A stretch of DNA of 64,000 nt from a virus. Its lineage: Duplodnaviria; Caudoviricetes. Location of the stretch: the IMG/VR virus record IMGVR_UViG_3300035670_000192, positions 1,194-65,193 of that record. One strand, given 5' to 3'. The notes beneath the pieces were generated by a model, which was not told the origin of the DNA, searched no databases, and was given only the letters and a program-made list of their open reading frames with translations. Position numbers and translations under genes: made by a program. Positions 48,244 to 57,073 of this stretch are shown piece by piece; within the stretch, counting starts at the first letter, position 1, and each line of letters opens with the position of its first letter.

Positions 48244-51200
48244 ATGAGCGATAAAATCGCAATATTTTATCATATCTACCAAGCAAATCATTGGGTAGAG
48301 ATGTTCGAGAAACAGATTATCGCACTACAGCAGTCAGGTGTGTATGATTCTGCAAGCCATATACATTTCGGTGTAAATGGTAACGAACCTCTACCTTATG
48401 ATTTGATCAAAGTGAACTCTGTAAAAAGAAATAATAAAACAGATTCAGAAGCAGATACTCTTTTCGATCTTTATAAATTTGCTGTAAAAAATCCCGACTA
48501 TAAAATTCTGTATCTTCATACAAAGGGAACTGGTTGGGGTAATGAAAAGATTAAAAATGATAAGCATTACGAAGTTTTAAAAAATGTTTTGTATAAAAAC
48601 CTTGACCTTTGGTGGTCATATATGGGATACTTCAACATCACTCGTTGGAGAGATTCTGTAAAACTTTTGAATGAGTATGATTGCGTTGGTACTGAATGGA
48701 CAAAAGAAGCAAGCATTTTAAATCATAAAATTAGCCATCCGCATTATTCTGGAAACTTTTGGTGGGCTAATGCGAGTTACATTGCGCAATTAGATCCAGG
48801 TTTTTTATATGAGAATACTGAATGGAAACGCCATCAGCCAGAGTTTTGGATTGGTACGAAAGATCCTAATTTCTATAACTATTATTATAGCGGTAATAAT
48901 TTATACCTCGAACCGTTGCAGCCAGAAAGTTACCAAGATACTCCCATAATAAAAACAAACGTCATCATGAACAAATCAAACAGAGAAAAAGTTATTGATT
49001 CCATATTAAGCGCATGGAAACCACATAATGCATTTGCACAATGGTTAGTTCATGAAATTAAACCGTCAACAATTGTTGATCTTGGTGTTGATTATGGCTA
49101 TTCAACGTTTACTTTCGCAATGCCAGAAATTGGAACGGTATATGGTATCGATAATTTCAAATCTGACCCATTAACTGGTAATCATCCTGATCAGAAAGAA
49201 AAAACTTTTTCAACACTAAAGCAACTTGAGTTGAATAATGTTGAGATTATAGAGGGCGACTTCTCTGAAGTTGCAAAAACTTGGAATAAGAAGATCGATA
49301 TCCTTCATATTGACGGCTATCATACTTATGAATCCGTAAAAGAAAATTATGAGGTTTGGTCTAAATTTTTGTCTGATGATGGCATCATACTACTACATAA
49401 CACTAAAGTTACGCAATCAGACTTCGGAGTCAAAAAACTATTCAGTGAGATAGAATTACCAAAATTAAATCTAATTGATGGGTATGGATTGGGTGTGATT
49501 AGTAAAAACGAAAAGACCATAAACATTATCAGAGAAATATTCATGGGCAATATACAGTCAGAAAAACCAAAAGGTGCTAAAATTTGTATGATTTCGATGT
49601 TCAAGAATGAAGCATCGAATATTCGTAAAATGTTAGATTCAGTCGCACCTTATATCAAGTATTGGGTTCTGCAAGATAACGGCTCAACTGATGGTACTGT
49701 TGATATTGTGAAGCAATGGGCTGCTGAAACGAATATTCCTGGTCATCTCTATAAAGTAGAAGAAGGTTGGGTAAATTTTGGTTGGAATCGCGATCATCTA
49801 CTACAGACTGCCTTGAAGTCCGATCACGGTTGTGATTGGATCATGAAAATGGATTGCGATGAAACTTTAGAAGTTGCAGAAGATTTTGATTGGTCGATAT
49901 TTGAAGATACCAGCCCACAAAGTTTTCATGTTACATCTATTGCCCCAGGATTAATCTATTACAGAGCATGGATTTGGAACGCTAAACTTCCTTGGAAGTT
50001 CAATCACGACCCAGCGCACGAAACCATCTCTCTCGAAATGGATGGGATTGGAGAAAATTTCGTAAGAACAAGTCTGCCAAAAACATTTAAGATGATTGGT
50101 GGAGTTTCACATGGCGAAAGTTATTCAGTCCCTACCAAATATGTAACTGACGCACTCAAACTTGAAGAGAAGTTAATTCGCGAAGGTACGATGTTGACCG
50201 ATTTGTATCATTTCTGGTATATCGGTAAGTCATACGAAGATTGCTATCGTGGTAATTTTTTCCCACTCAAGGAAGTGCATCAGGAAGAATATGCTCGTCG
50301 CTGCATATTCTATTTTAACAGTGTTGTGAATCACACTCATAAATTTAATGAAACACAAACGGCAAGTCATGTTGATGAAATGGCTTATTATGCAGTGTGC
50401 GCTATCGGTAACGCATATCGTTTCTTGAAGGATTACGAGAAAGCGATTTGGCATTATCAGAAAGCAGAATCATTCGCAGAAATTCGCAATGACCATCACA
50501 TTTATCTTGCGGAAGTATACGCAGAACTCGGTGAATGGGAAAAGATGTACAATCATACATCATTCATAATGCGCCCAGAAAGAACGAATCCCTTTCCAAC
50601 GTATCATTTCCTAATCAATACCAACATGTACAATGATACTGGCGGTTATCCAAAGCATTTGCATAAGATTGCAATGGAGAATCAAAATAGAGAAAAGCCA
50701 GTGTTTAAAATAAACTCAAAAGCGTCGCAAAAGAAAAGAATTTTCGTCGTTGATGATTTCTATGCTGATCCATACGCTGTTCGCGACTTTGCATTAAAAG
50801 CGAATTTTGAAGGCGATATTAATTGGTACAAGGGTAAGCGTACAAAGGAAAAGTATTTAACGGAAGAAATGAAAAAAGCAATTGAAGATATTATGGGAAT
50901 TAAGATCAAAAAGTGGGACCATGGCATGAATGGTAGTTTGCAATATTGCACACCTGAAGATGCTTTGGTATATCATTATGATTCTCAAACTTGGGCAGGT
51001 GCTGTATATCTAACACCTAATGCTCCATATGACACTGGAACGTGTTTGTATGCGCATAAAGGCACAGGAATCAGATCTGCGGATGAACCAGGCGCTGATG
51101 CTTGCTTCAGTGGTGGTTTTTATGATTCTACGAAGTTTGATTTAGTTGACAATATCGGAAATGTTTTCAATCGACTAGCAATTTGGGATGCTCGTTGTTT

Positions 51201-51273
51201 CCATGCAGCCAACAAATATTTTGGGCAAACAGTTAACGATTCTCGTTTGTTCCATTTATTCTTCTTTGATTAA
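48244..51273 (+). CDS. Multidomain protein: GT-like + methyltransferase + GT2 + TPR + 2OG-Fe(II) oxygenase-like
   Basis: LYLHTKG/HYSGNFWW; DLGVDYG/LHIDGYHTYE; DNGSTDGT/MDCDE; TPR-like helices; VVDDFY…HYDS…FH. Confidence 0.8.
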   Translation: MSDKIAIFYHIYQANHWVEMFEKQIIALQQSGVYDSASHIHFGVNGNEPLPYDLIKVNSVKRNNKTDSEADTLFDLYKFAVKNPDYKILYLHTKGTGWGNEKIKNDKHYEVLKNVLYKNLDLWWSYMGYFNITRWRDSVKLLNEYDCVGTEWTKEASILNHKISHPHYSGNFWWANASYIAQLDPGFLYENTEWKRHQPEFWIGTKDPNFYNYYYSGNNLYLEPLQPESYQDTPIIKTNVIMNKSNREKVIDSILSAWKPHNAFAQWLVHEIKPSTIVDLGVDYGYSTFTFAMPEIGTVYGIDNFKSDPLTGNHPDQKEKTFSTLKQLELNNVEIIEGDFSEVAKTWNKKIDILHIDGYHTYESVKENYEVWSKFLSDDGIILLHNTKVTQSDFGVKKLFSEIELPKLNLIDGYGLGVISKNEKTINIIREIFMGNIQSEKPKGAKICMISMFKNEASNIRKMLDSVAPYIKYWVLQDNGSTDGTVDIVKQWAAETNIPGHLYKVEEGWVNFGWNRDHLLQTALKSDHGCDWIMKMDCDETLEVAEDFDWSIFEDTSPQSFHVTSIAPGLIYYRAWIWNAKLPWKFNHDPAHETISLEMDGIGENFVRTSLPKTFKMIGGVSHGESYSVPTKYVTDALKLEEKLIREGTMLTDLYHFWYIGKSYEDCYRGNFFPLKEVHQEEYARRCIFYFNSVVNHTHKFNETQTASHVDEMAYYAVCAIGNAYRFLKDYEKAIWHYQKAESFAEIRNDHHIYLAEVYAELGEWEKMYNHTSFIMRPERTNPFPTYHFLINTNMYNDTGGYPKHLHKIAMENQNREKPVFKINSKASQKKRIFVVDDFYADPYAVRDFALKANFEGDINWYKGKRTKEKYLTEEMKKAIEDIMGIKIKKWDHGMNGSLQYCTPEDALVYHYDSQTWAGAVYLTPNAPYDTGTCLYAHKGTGIRSADEPGADACFSGGFYDSTKFDLVDNIGNVFNRLAIWDARCFHAANKYFGQTVNDSRLFHLFFFD

Positions 51274-51287
51274 AGATATATACTGCC

Positions 51288-51932
51288 ATGGCATACTTAA
51301 ACGCTAACATCCCGCCCATAGAATGCTATGTGCGGACCAATTTTCTTCAGAACAGAACAGAGTTCGATGAAGCAAAAGACACATATCTTCCAGTTCTTAT
51401 ATTCGGAGTTGCGTCTGTTCCGCACCGTGTTCCGTTATTTCATTTTATCATGGAAGATGAGGGGCTTTGGTTCCGCATGCCGATCCACGCCTTCTGTCAT
51501 AAAACTCCTGCGCCGCAAGAGGAACTATACAATCTAGTTCTGTGGGATTCTTTCAGTTCATATATTGGCGTCACACAGTTTGACTTTTTGATTAACAAAC
51601 GAATCAAGTATATTGATCGCAATAAGAAGTGGAACGAAGGCACATATATGTTCACACTTGATTGGTCTCAGGAGGATAAAAATGTTCTTGACACAGGGTT
51701 TAGTGAAGTACCTGGACAGCATAAGTGCGGTCATCTTATTAAATTGGACAACGGAAATTTCGCAATACAGCCTAACAATCGTGTGCGTGCTTTTGAACCC
51801 TCATTTGTCACTAAACCTGGTCAAAACGTTATTGAGCGTAAACTAGGCACAAATATGTGGTCTGTTGAGAACACCAGTAAGTGGGTTCTTTCTGACGACG
51901 ATCGTTATGATTATGAGGTAACGCAAAAATGA
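51288..51932 (+). CDS. Conserved phage hypothetical protein
   Basis: MAYLNANIP…LWDSFS…YMFTLDW…HKCGH…GNFAIQPNNR. Confidence 0.7.
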   Translation: MAYLNANIPPIECYVRTNFLQNRTEFDEAKDTYLPVLIFGVASVPHRVPLFHFIMEDEGLWFRMPIHAFCHKTPAPQEELYNLVLWDSFSSYIGVTQFDFLINKRIKYIDRNKKWNEGTYMFTLDWSQEDKNVLDTGFSEVPGQHKCGHLIKLDNGNFAIQPNNRVRAFEPSFVTKPGQNVIERKLGTNMWSVENTSKWVLSDDDRYDYEVTQK

Positions 51933-52501
51933 TGTCAATGAACGTGAAAGATTACTTGAAAGTTTATGACAATTTTTTAGATGCAAAGACTTGTAAAAAT
52001 GTTGTAAAGAAAATAAAGAACATCGATTGGCATATGCATTCATTTTACACAGCAAAAGATGATGCGTATGTGAGTTATGATAAAGAACTTTCTATTGCAT
52101 ATTCTTCAATACCAGAAGCTGCCGAAATTAATAAGAAAGTTTGGTTTGCAATTGAACAATATGTCTTAAAAGATCACTCATACATGGCTGAGTGGTTTGG
52201 TGGTTGGAATGGATACAGTCAAATTCGTTTTAATCGATACAAAAAGAATACACAAATGAAGTTGCATTGCGATCATATTCACAGCATGTTTGATGGAAAT
52301 AGAAAAGGTGTTCCTGTCTTGTCAATCTTAGGTGCACTTAATGACGACTATGAAGGCGGTGAATTGGTATTTTGGGAATCTGAACGAATTGAACTTAAAG
52401 CTGGTCAACTTATGATCTTCCCTAGCAACTTTATGTACCCACATCGTGTAGATGAAGTTACGAAAGGAACTAGATATAGTTTTGTTTCTTGGACTTGGTA
52501 A
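51929..52501 (+). CDS. 2OG-Fe(II) oxygenase (prolyl-hydroxylase-like)
   Basis: HCD, LNDDYEGGE, FPSNFMYPH and GTRYS motifs. Confidence 0.92.
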   Translation: MMSMNVKDYLKVYDNFLDAKTCKNVVKKIKNIDWHMHSFYTAKDDAYVSYDKELSIAYSSIPEAAEINKKVWFAIEQYVLKDHSYMAEWFGGWNGYSQIRFNRYKKNTQMKLHCDHIHSMFDGNRKGVPVLSILGALNDDYEGGELVFWESERIELKAGQLMIFPSNFMYPHRVDEVTKGTRYSFVSWTW

Positions 52502-52511
52502 CGGAGAAAAA

Positions 52512-52706
52512 ATGATTTCGGAAGAATATAAAAAAGTAAATTGTAACAATTGCGAGTCAGAGTATTTCTTAAAATACTTTTTCGAGAAAGTTACAAACGA
52601 GCCTCAATACTGCCCTTTCTGCGGCGAAGAAATAGAAGAAGATTATGAGGACGACGAAGAAGACGAAGAAGAAGATAATTTCGAAGACGACGATCGATAT
52701 AATTAA
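52512..52706 (+). CDS. Zn-ribbon protein with an acidic tail
   Basis: CNNC…CPFCG. Confidence 0.75.
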   Translation: MISEEYKKVNCNNCESEYFLKYFFEKVTNEPQYCPFCGEEIEEDYEDDEEDEEEDNFEDDDRYN

Positions 52707-52711
52707 AAGAT

Positions 52712-52748
52712 AAATACTCATTAGTGTTGTGCTAATGAGTATTTTTTT
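52712..52748 (+). terminator. Hairpin + T7 (terminator or RBS-occluding stem) overlapping late promoter GATAAATA (52709-52716)
   Basis: AAATACTCATTAG-tgttgtg-CTAATGAGTATTT, immediately before the ATG at 52749. Confidence 0.7.
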
Positions 52749-53201
52749 ATGCTTGACTATGAAAACCCTTGGCTCTATCAAGGCAAACCTTTTACTTCCG
52801 AAGATATTCAAGATAACTATGGCTTTGTGTATTGCTTGACAGACTCCGTCAACAATCGTAAGTACATTGGTCGCAAATATTTCTGGTCTGTACGAACAGT
52901 AAAGAAAGTCAAGGGACGACGTAAGAAAAACAAAAGCGAAAGTGATTGGAAGGATTACTATGGTTCTTCCAAGACAATTCTTGAGATTATAGAACAACAC
53001 GGCAAAGAAAGATTTAAAAGAGAGATTATTTCTTTGCATAAAACCAAAGGTGAGGTAAACTATCAAGAAGTAAAAACGCAGTTCATAAAAGAAGTCCTCG
53101 AGGCTGTGAATGAAAACAACGAGCGTGCATACTACAATGAAAATATAGCCAATCGCTATTTCTACCGCAATCGTAAAGAGGGGAGTCAAAATGACAGTTA
53201 A
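52749..53201 (+). CDS. GIY-YIG family endonuclease (Seg-like, catalytic domain only)
   Basis: YGFVY…RKYIGRK, YYGSS, E and YYNENI motifs. Confidence 0.85.
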   Translation: MLDYENPWLYQGKPFTSEDIQDNYGFVYCLTDSVNNRKYIGRKYFWSVRTVKKVKGRRKKNKSESDWKDYYGSSKTILEIIEQHGKERFKREIISLHKTKGEVNYQEVKTQFIKEVLEAVNENNERAYYNENIANRYFYRNRKEGSQNDS

Positions 53202-53547
53202 CGATTTAGTAGACGAGAAGAAGGACTTTGATGGTGTTTATTTCTGTAAGACGAAAGAAGGCGACAATGATGGATGGTCGCTGACGTTTCTAAGTTTAAA
53301 TGAAAAGAAAGATCGTAAGTTTGAAGAACATGAAGCGGGTATCAAGTATCAAGTCATGTTTTATGAAAATAATAAAGTTGAATTGTTCGAAGCCATTCTG
53401 GGCGACCCAAATACCTATCTGAAAAATCTTATAGACTCGAATCAAGAGGGTCTCATTATCAAGAAGTGTAAGCGATCGAAAAAGATCATTTCTCAGATCC
53501 TCGGAAAGGAGGGTTTTCGTAAGTTTAGGGAAATTTTCGAAAGTTGA
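53191..53547 (+). CDS. Hypothetical protein
   Basis: ORF with an RBS. Confidence 0.6.
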   Translation: MTVNDLVDEKKDFDGVYFCKTKEGDNDGWSLTFLSLNEKKDRKFEEHEAGIKYQVMFYENNKVELFEAILGDPNTYLKNLIDSNQEGLIIKKCKRSKKIISQILGKEGFRKFREIFES

Positions 53548-53594
53548 CGTAAGTTGTTGATTTTACAACAGTTTCGTAAGTTATTGATTTTACA
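53548..53594 (-). promoter_or_regulatory. Tandem 20-bp repeat containing two IHF consensus sites
   Basis: CGTAAGTT(G/A)TTGATTTTACA twice, period 27; reverse complement AATCAA-NAAC-TTA matches WATCAANNNNTTR. Confidence 0.75.
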
Positions 53595-53607
53595 GGGTTT
53601 TTTTCTA

Positions 53608-53636
53608 TTTACATCTGACGCGAAATAGTGTATTAT
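53608..53636 (+). promoter_or_regulatory. Sigma70-type early promoter
   Basis: TTTACA-N17-TATTAT. Confidence 0.75.
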
Positions 53637-53669
53637 AGATGATGTGATAGGCTAAAACCAGAAGGAAAG

Positions 53670-53867
53670 ATGAAGCAATATTACGAAGTTTACGAAAACG
53701 CGATCATCACTTTTAACGGTAAGAAAACGCGAGGAAACAAGCGTATACTTAAGACCAAGAGCCGACGCGAGGCGCTAAAATTATACAGCGCGAGTACGAA
53801 AACGCGCTGGGTGGAGGAAATCACCGACTACGGTAGCGGTGAAAGCGTGGATATTATCACTAGTTGA
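53670..53867 (+). CDS. Small early hypothetical protein
   Basis: AAGGA RBS; flanked by promoters. Confidence 0.65.
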   Translation: MKQYYEVYENAIITFNGKKTRGNKRILKTKSRREALKLYSASTKTRWVEEITDYGSGESVDIITS

Positions 53868-53875
53868 GGTTGACG

Positions 53876-53935
53876 TAAGTTATTGAAAGGCAAGGGGATT
53901 TTCCCCTTGTCCTTTCTTACGTTTTACTGTATAAT
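53876..53935 (+). promoter_or_regulatory. IHF-like box + sigma70 promoter
   Basis: TAAGTTATTGAAA at 53876; TTGTCC(53907)-N17-TATAAT(53930). Confidence 0.7.
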
Positions 53936-53967
53936 TGTATTATGTTAGTAGATAAGGTGAAATTCTA

Positions 53968-54837
53968 ATGCCACGTGGCGTACCAAAAGCAGGTTTTCGT
54001 CGTACTAAAAAGCAGCGTGCTGGTATCAATCACGCGCCGCAGTTTGTACTCCCAATTTCAACTGAAACGATCCCGCAGATCGAAGCGAAACTGAAAGATC
54101 GCTTCGAGGCGCTCGAGGTCATGTCCGAGGCTACAGGTCGCGGCATTAATCGGTCGCTCATCGTCTCTGGTCCCGCAGGGCTGGGTAAGTCGTACACCGT
54201 CGAATCCAAACTGGCGGCGCTCGAGCGTAAGGGTCATCACGTCGTATACATTAAAGGATACGTGCGTCCGTTGTCGCTTTACAAGTTGCTGTACGAAGCA
54301 CGATTCACGAACAGCGTGCTCGTGTTCGACGACTCTGATTCTATTTTCCACGACGACGTCAGCATGAACTTGTTGAAGACTGCGTGCGATTCTACGGAGC
54401 GTCGTGTTCTTCACTGGTTGTCACGTTCGCTCGAACGTGAAGAAGATGAGGACGGCGAGAGCATTCCTGAGAAGTTCGAGTTTGAAGGTTCGGTCATTTT
54501 CATCACGAACTATGACTTTGATGCTCTGATTCGGTCAGGCAACAAGTTGGCTCCGCACTTCGAGGCTCTCGTTTCTCGTTCGCATTATCTCGATCTTGCG
54601 ATGAAGACCAAGATGGATTATCTTGTTCGCATCAAGCAAGTTGTTCGTGGCGGGATGTTGCGAGATCGTGGCATGGCTGACATAGATACTATTCAGATCA
54701 TGCAATTTATCGAAAACAACGTTGACCGTCTGCGCGAGTTGTCACTGCGTATGGTAGTGAAACTTGCAGGCTTGTATAAGATGGATCGCGTCAACTGGCA
54801 GAAACTTGCGAAGCAGACCTGCTTCCGTGGAGTATAA
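53968..54837 (+). CDS. AAA+ family ATPase
   Basis: GPAGLGKS Walker A, VLVFDDSD Walker B, IFITN and ALVSRS. Confidence 0.85.
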   Translation: MPRGVPKAGFRRTKKQRAGINHAPQFVLPISTETIPQIEAKLKDRFEALEVMSEATGRGINRSLIVSGPAGLGKSYTVESKLAALERKGHHVVYIKGYVRPLSLYKLLYEARFTNSVLVFDDSDSIFHDDVSMNLLKTACDSTERRVLHWLSRSLEREEDEDGESIPEKFEFEGSVIFITNYDFDALIRSGNKLAPHFEALVSRSHYLDLAMKTKMDYLVRIKQVVRGGMLRDRGMADIDTIQIMQFIENNVDRLRELSLRMVVKLAGLYKMDRVNWQKLAKQTCFRGV

Positions 54838-54841
54838 TTGT

Positions 54842-55075
54842 ATGGCTAAGAAAGTTACATTATGGGCTGTTCGTGGTCCCAAAGGTTTGATCAAGAGTAT
54901 AAAACCAGAAACCACTAAAGATTGTTTGATTCAATGGAACGTTGCTGCTGTTGCAGAGATGTATGGTTGTTGGGGTGAATTGTGGGTTCGTGGTGTGGGT
55001 GGTTATAAAAAGGCATGGAAATATCTAGAAAAAAATGGTTATAAGGCTGTAAAAGTCACAATCATAGAAGTTTGA
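54842..55075 (+). CDS. Hypothetical protein
   Basis: ORF starting MAKKVTLW. Confidence 0.6.
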   Translation: MAKKVTLWAVRGPKGLIKSIKPETTKDCLIQWNVAAVAEMYGCWGELWVRGVGGYKKAWKYLEKNGYKAVKVTIIEV

Positions 55076-55106
55076 TTTTACAATCTAAAACAGGTAGAGT
55101 ATTCCT

Positions 55107-56207
55107 ATGGCTAAATTTATTCCGAAAGTTGTTCCTGAACCCTCGTGGGAAAAACAGGAAGGACCCTGTACGCAATTCGATCTCGTCTTTGCGTTTCAGT
55201 GGTACAATCACAATAAAGAGTCGCGTGATGCGCGCAAGTATCTGATTGAGTATCTTGTAAAGAACAACGAGATCAGTCCATTACAGAAGCAAGCAGCGGA
55301 TTATCTAAACCTGTCCTGGAATATCGTGGACGGTTGGTTGGCGCGTTGCTTGAGTCGTGGTGCATTGGTGCCCGATACTGTATTTGCAAACTTTAAGGAG
55401 CGCATGCGTGTTTTCAGAAGTCGCCTGGACGAAATCGTCACAGAAAAGAATCTTGGAACAGTCGTCCCCGACAACAGCAACGTCGTCTCAATTCAAGAGC
55501 GAGTTCAAGGTAAGGTCGACTTCTTCATCATGGAACTTGAAGCCAAGTTCGATAACGTTTGGCATGAACAAAGCGGAGAAGAATTCGTACCATACACCTG
55601 GATGGTCGAGAATGAAGTGAAGCCGATGCATGCTTCTAAGATCGCGGAATATTTCAAGCAGCGTGCCGCTGACTGGATCGCGATCATCGAGTCGAAAGAT
55701 GAGTATGTGAAAGAATCATATCCACGCCCTCGTAAAGAAATGATCGAGGCTGCGAAATTCTTCGGTCTTGTTGCGACCGACGCTGAGAAACTCTCTTCGA
55801 ACAAGAGTGCGGCTCGTAAGCCACGCAAGAAGAAGCCAGTCTCCTTCGACAAGAAGGTTAAGAATCTCAAGTACAAGAAGGAAGACATTGATAACAAGTT
55901 GGTGTCCATCGATCCTGTCAAGATCGTTGGGGCTGAAAAGTTATGGGTCTATAACGTTAAGACGCGCAAACTGGGCGTCTACGTCGCCTCTGATGCCGCT
56001 GGGCTTGAGGTGAAAGGATCCGCGATTCAAAATTATAAATATAGTGAGTCTATCTGTAAGACTCTCCGAAAGCCGAAAGATGTTCTCTCGCGGGTTCTCG
56101 AAGGTGGTAAAGTTGTGTTGCGTAAAGTGATGGGCGAGATTAATTCGAAACCCCAAGAACTGAACGGTCGAATCAATAAGGATACAATTCTACTGCGAGT
56201 GGAGTAA
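55107..56207 (+). CDS. Conserved T4-like phage hypothetical protein
   Basis: LVSIDP…LWVYNVKTRKL…KTLRKP…NGRIN C-terminal domain. Confidence 0.7.
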   Translation: MAKFIPKVVPEPSWEKQEGPCTQFDLVFAFQWYNHNKESRDARKYLIEYLVKNNEISPLQKQAADYLNLSWNIVDGWLARCLSRGALVPDTVFANFKERMRVFRSRLDEIVTEKNLGTVVPDNSNVVSIQERVQGKVDFFIMELEAKFDNVWHEQSGEEFVPYTWMVENEVKPMHASKIAEYFKQRAADWIAIIESKDEYVKESYPRPRKEMIEAAKFFGLVATDAEKLSSNKSAARKPRKKKPVSFDKKVKNLKYKKEDIDNKLVSIDPVKIVGAEKLWVYNVKTRKLGVYVASDAAGLEVKGSAIQNYKYSESICKTLRKPKDVLSRVLEGGKVVLRKVMGEINSKPQELNGRINKDTILLRVE

Positions 56208-56208
56208 C

Positions 56209-56742
56209 ATGATTGCAATTACCAGCAATTTTTTAAACAGATCCGACTCAGCGATGATTCGGAAATATTCTAAATTTGTCCTCAATCGTCTGGTGCGTCC
56301 GTGCGTTCAGAAGAAAGCGAAGATCAATGTAAAAGTTCTTGGCGAACAAGAAATTAAAGATGCTGCTGAAATTCTCGAACTGAAAAAGTATAAAGCATGG
56401 TGCACCTATGATGGTCTTGACGACGAGGGCAACAAGAAGTTCACTGTTGTTCTTAATTACAAACGCATTAATAAATTGGGCAAGAAGCCAATCACAAGAT
56501 TGAAGAATGTTCTCATTGATCTTGGGCATGAATTGACTCATGTAAAACAATATCTCAACAATGAGTTGTTTGATTACAAGAGCGGCGATGTTCGATATAA
56601 GGGATTGTTCTTTGATGCCTCGCATTACATGGAAGAAGAAAAGTATTTCGAAAGTCCATGGGAAGTTGAAGCGTATGGTCGTGAGTTGGGTCTTTATAGA
56701 ATCTTTTGCAATAAATTAAAAGAGGAGCGTTTGAGTAAGTAA
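56209..56742 (+). CDS. Putative zincin metallopeptidase
   Basis: HELTHVKQY…PWEVEAY. Confidence 0.7.
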   Translation: MIAITSNFLNRSDSAMIRKYSKFVLNRLVRPCVQKKAKINVKVLGEQEIKDAAEILELKKYKAWCTYDGLDDEGNKKFTVVLNYKRINKLGKKPITRLKNVLIDLGHELTHVKQYLNNELFDYKSGDVRYKGLFFDASHYMEEEKYFESPWEVEAYGRELGLYRIFCNKLKEERLSK

Positions 56743-56744
56743 TC

Positions 56745-56936
56745 ATGAATAAGAAGAAACAGAATGAGTTTCGCGAAAAGCAATACAGTCGAAACAGTGA
56801 AGGATTGAAACAGCGTCGTTTGAAGAATGAGTCTCGGTGGAAGTTCAATCCGAATGCAGAGTACGAAGATGAAGCCGATGACTTGAACGACGAAGAACTA
56901 GATGACTATGATCTAGATTCTTATGATAGACGATAA
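56745..56936 (+). CDS. Small basic/acidic hypothetical protein
   Basis: ORF. Confidence 0.55.
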   Translation: MNKKKQNEFREKQYSRNSEGLKQRRLKNESRWKFNPNAEYEDEADDLNDEELDDYDLDSYDRR

Positions 56937-56954
56937 AAATTTATTATAATTTAG

Positions 56955-56983
56955 TTGACCTGTAAGTGTAACTATGTTATAAT
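56955..56983 (+). promoter_or_regulatory. Sigma70-type promoter
   Basis: TTGACC-N17-TATAAT with TG extended -10. Confidence 0.8.
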
Positions 56984-57073
56984 GGATGTACAAGGTATGA
57001 AAACCTTGTAATGGTACTCCTTCGTATCCCGAAGGATTTTGGTTAATTTAATCTAATGTTAAAGGTGGTAATT

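Noticed and set aside
52569-53189. 206-aa minus-strand ORF
   Set aside because: Antisense to a recognisable GIY-YIG gene and a Zn-ribbon gene; no motif of its own
53548-53594. Mini-CRISPR or iteron origin
   Set aside because: Only two copies 7 nt apart; better explained as IHF-type promoter boxes
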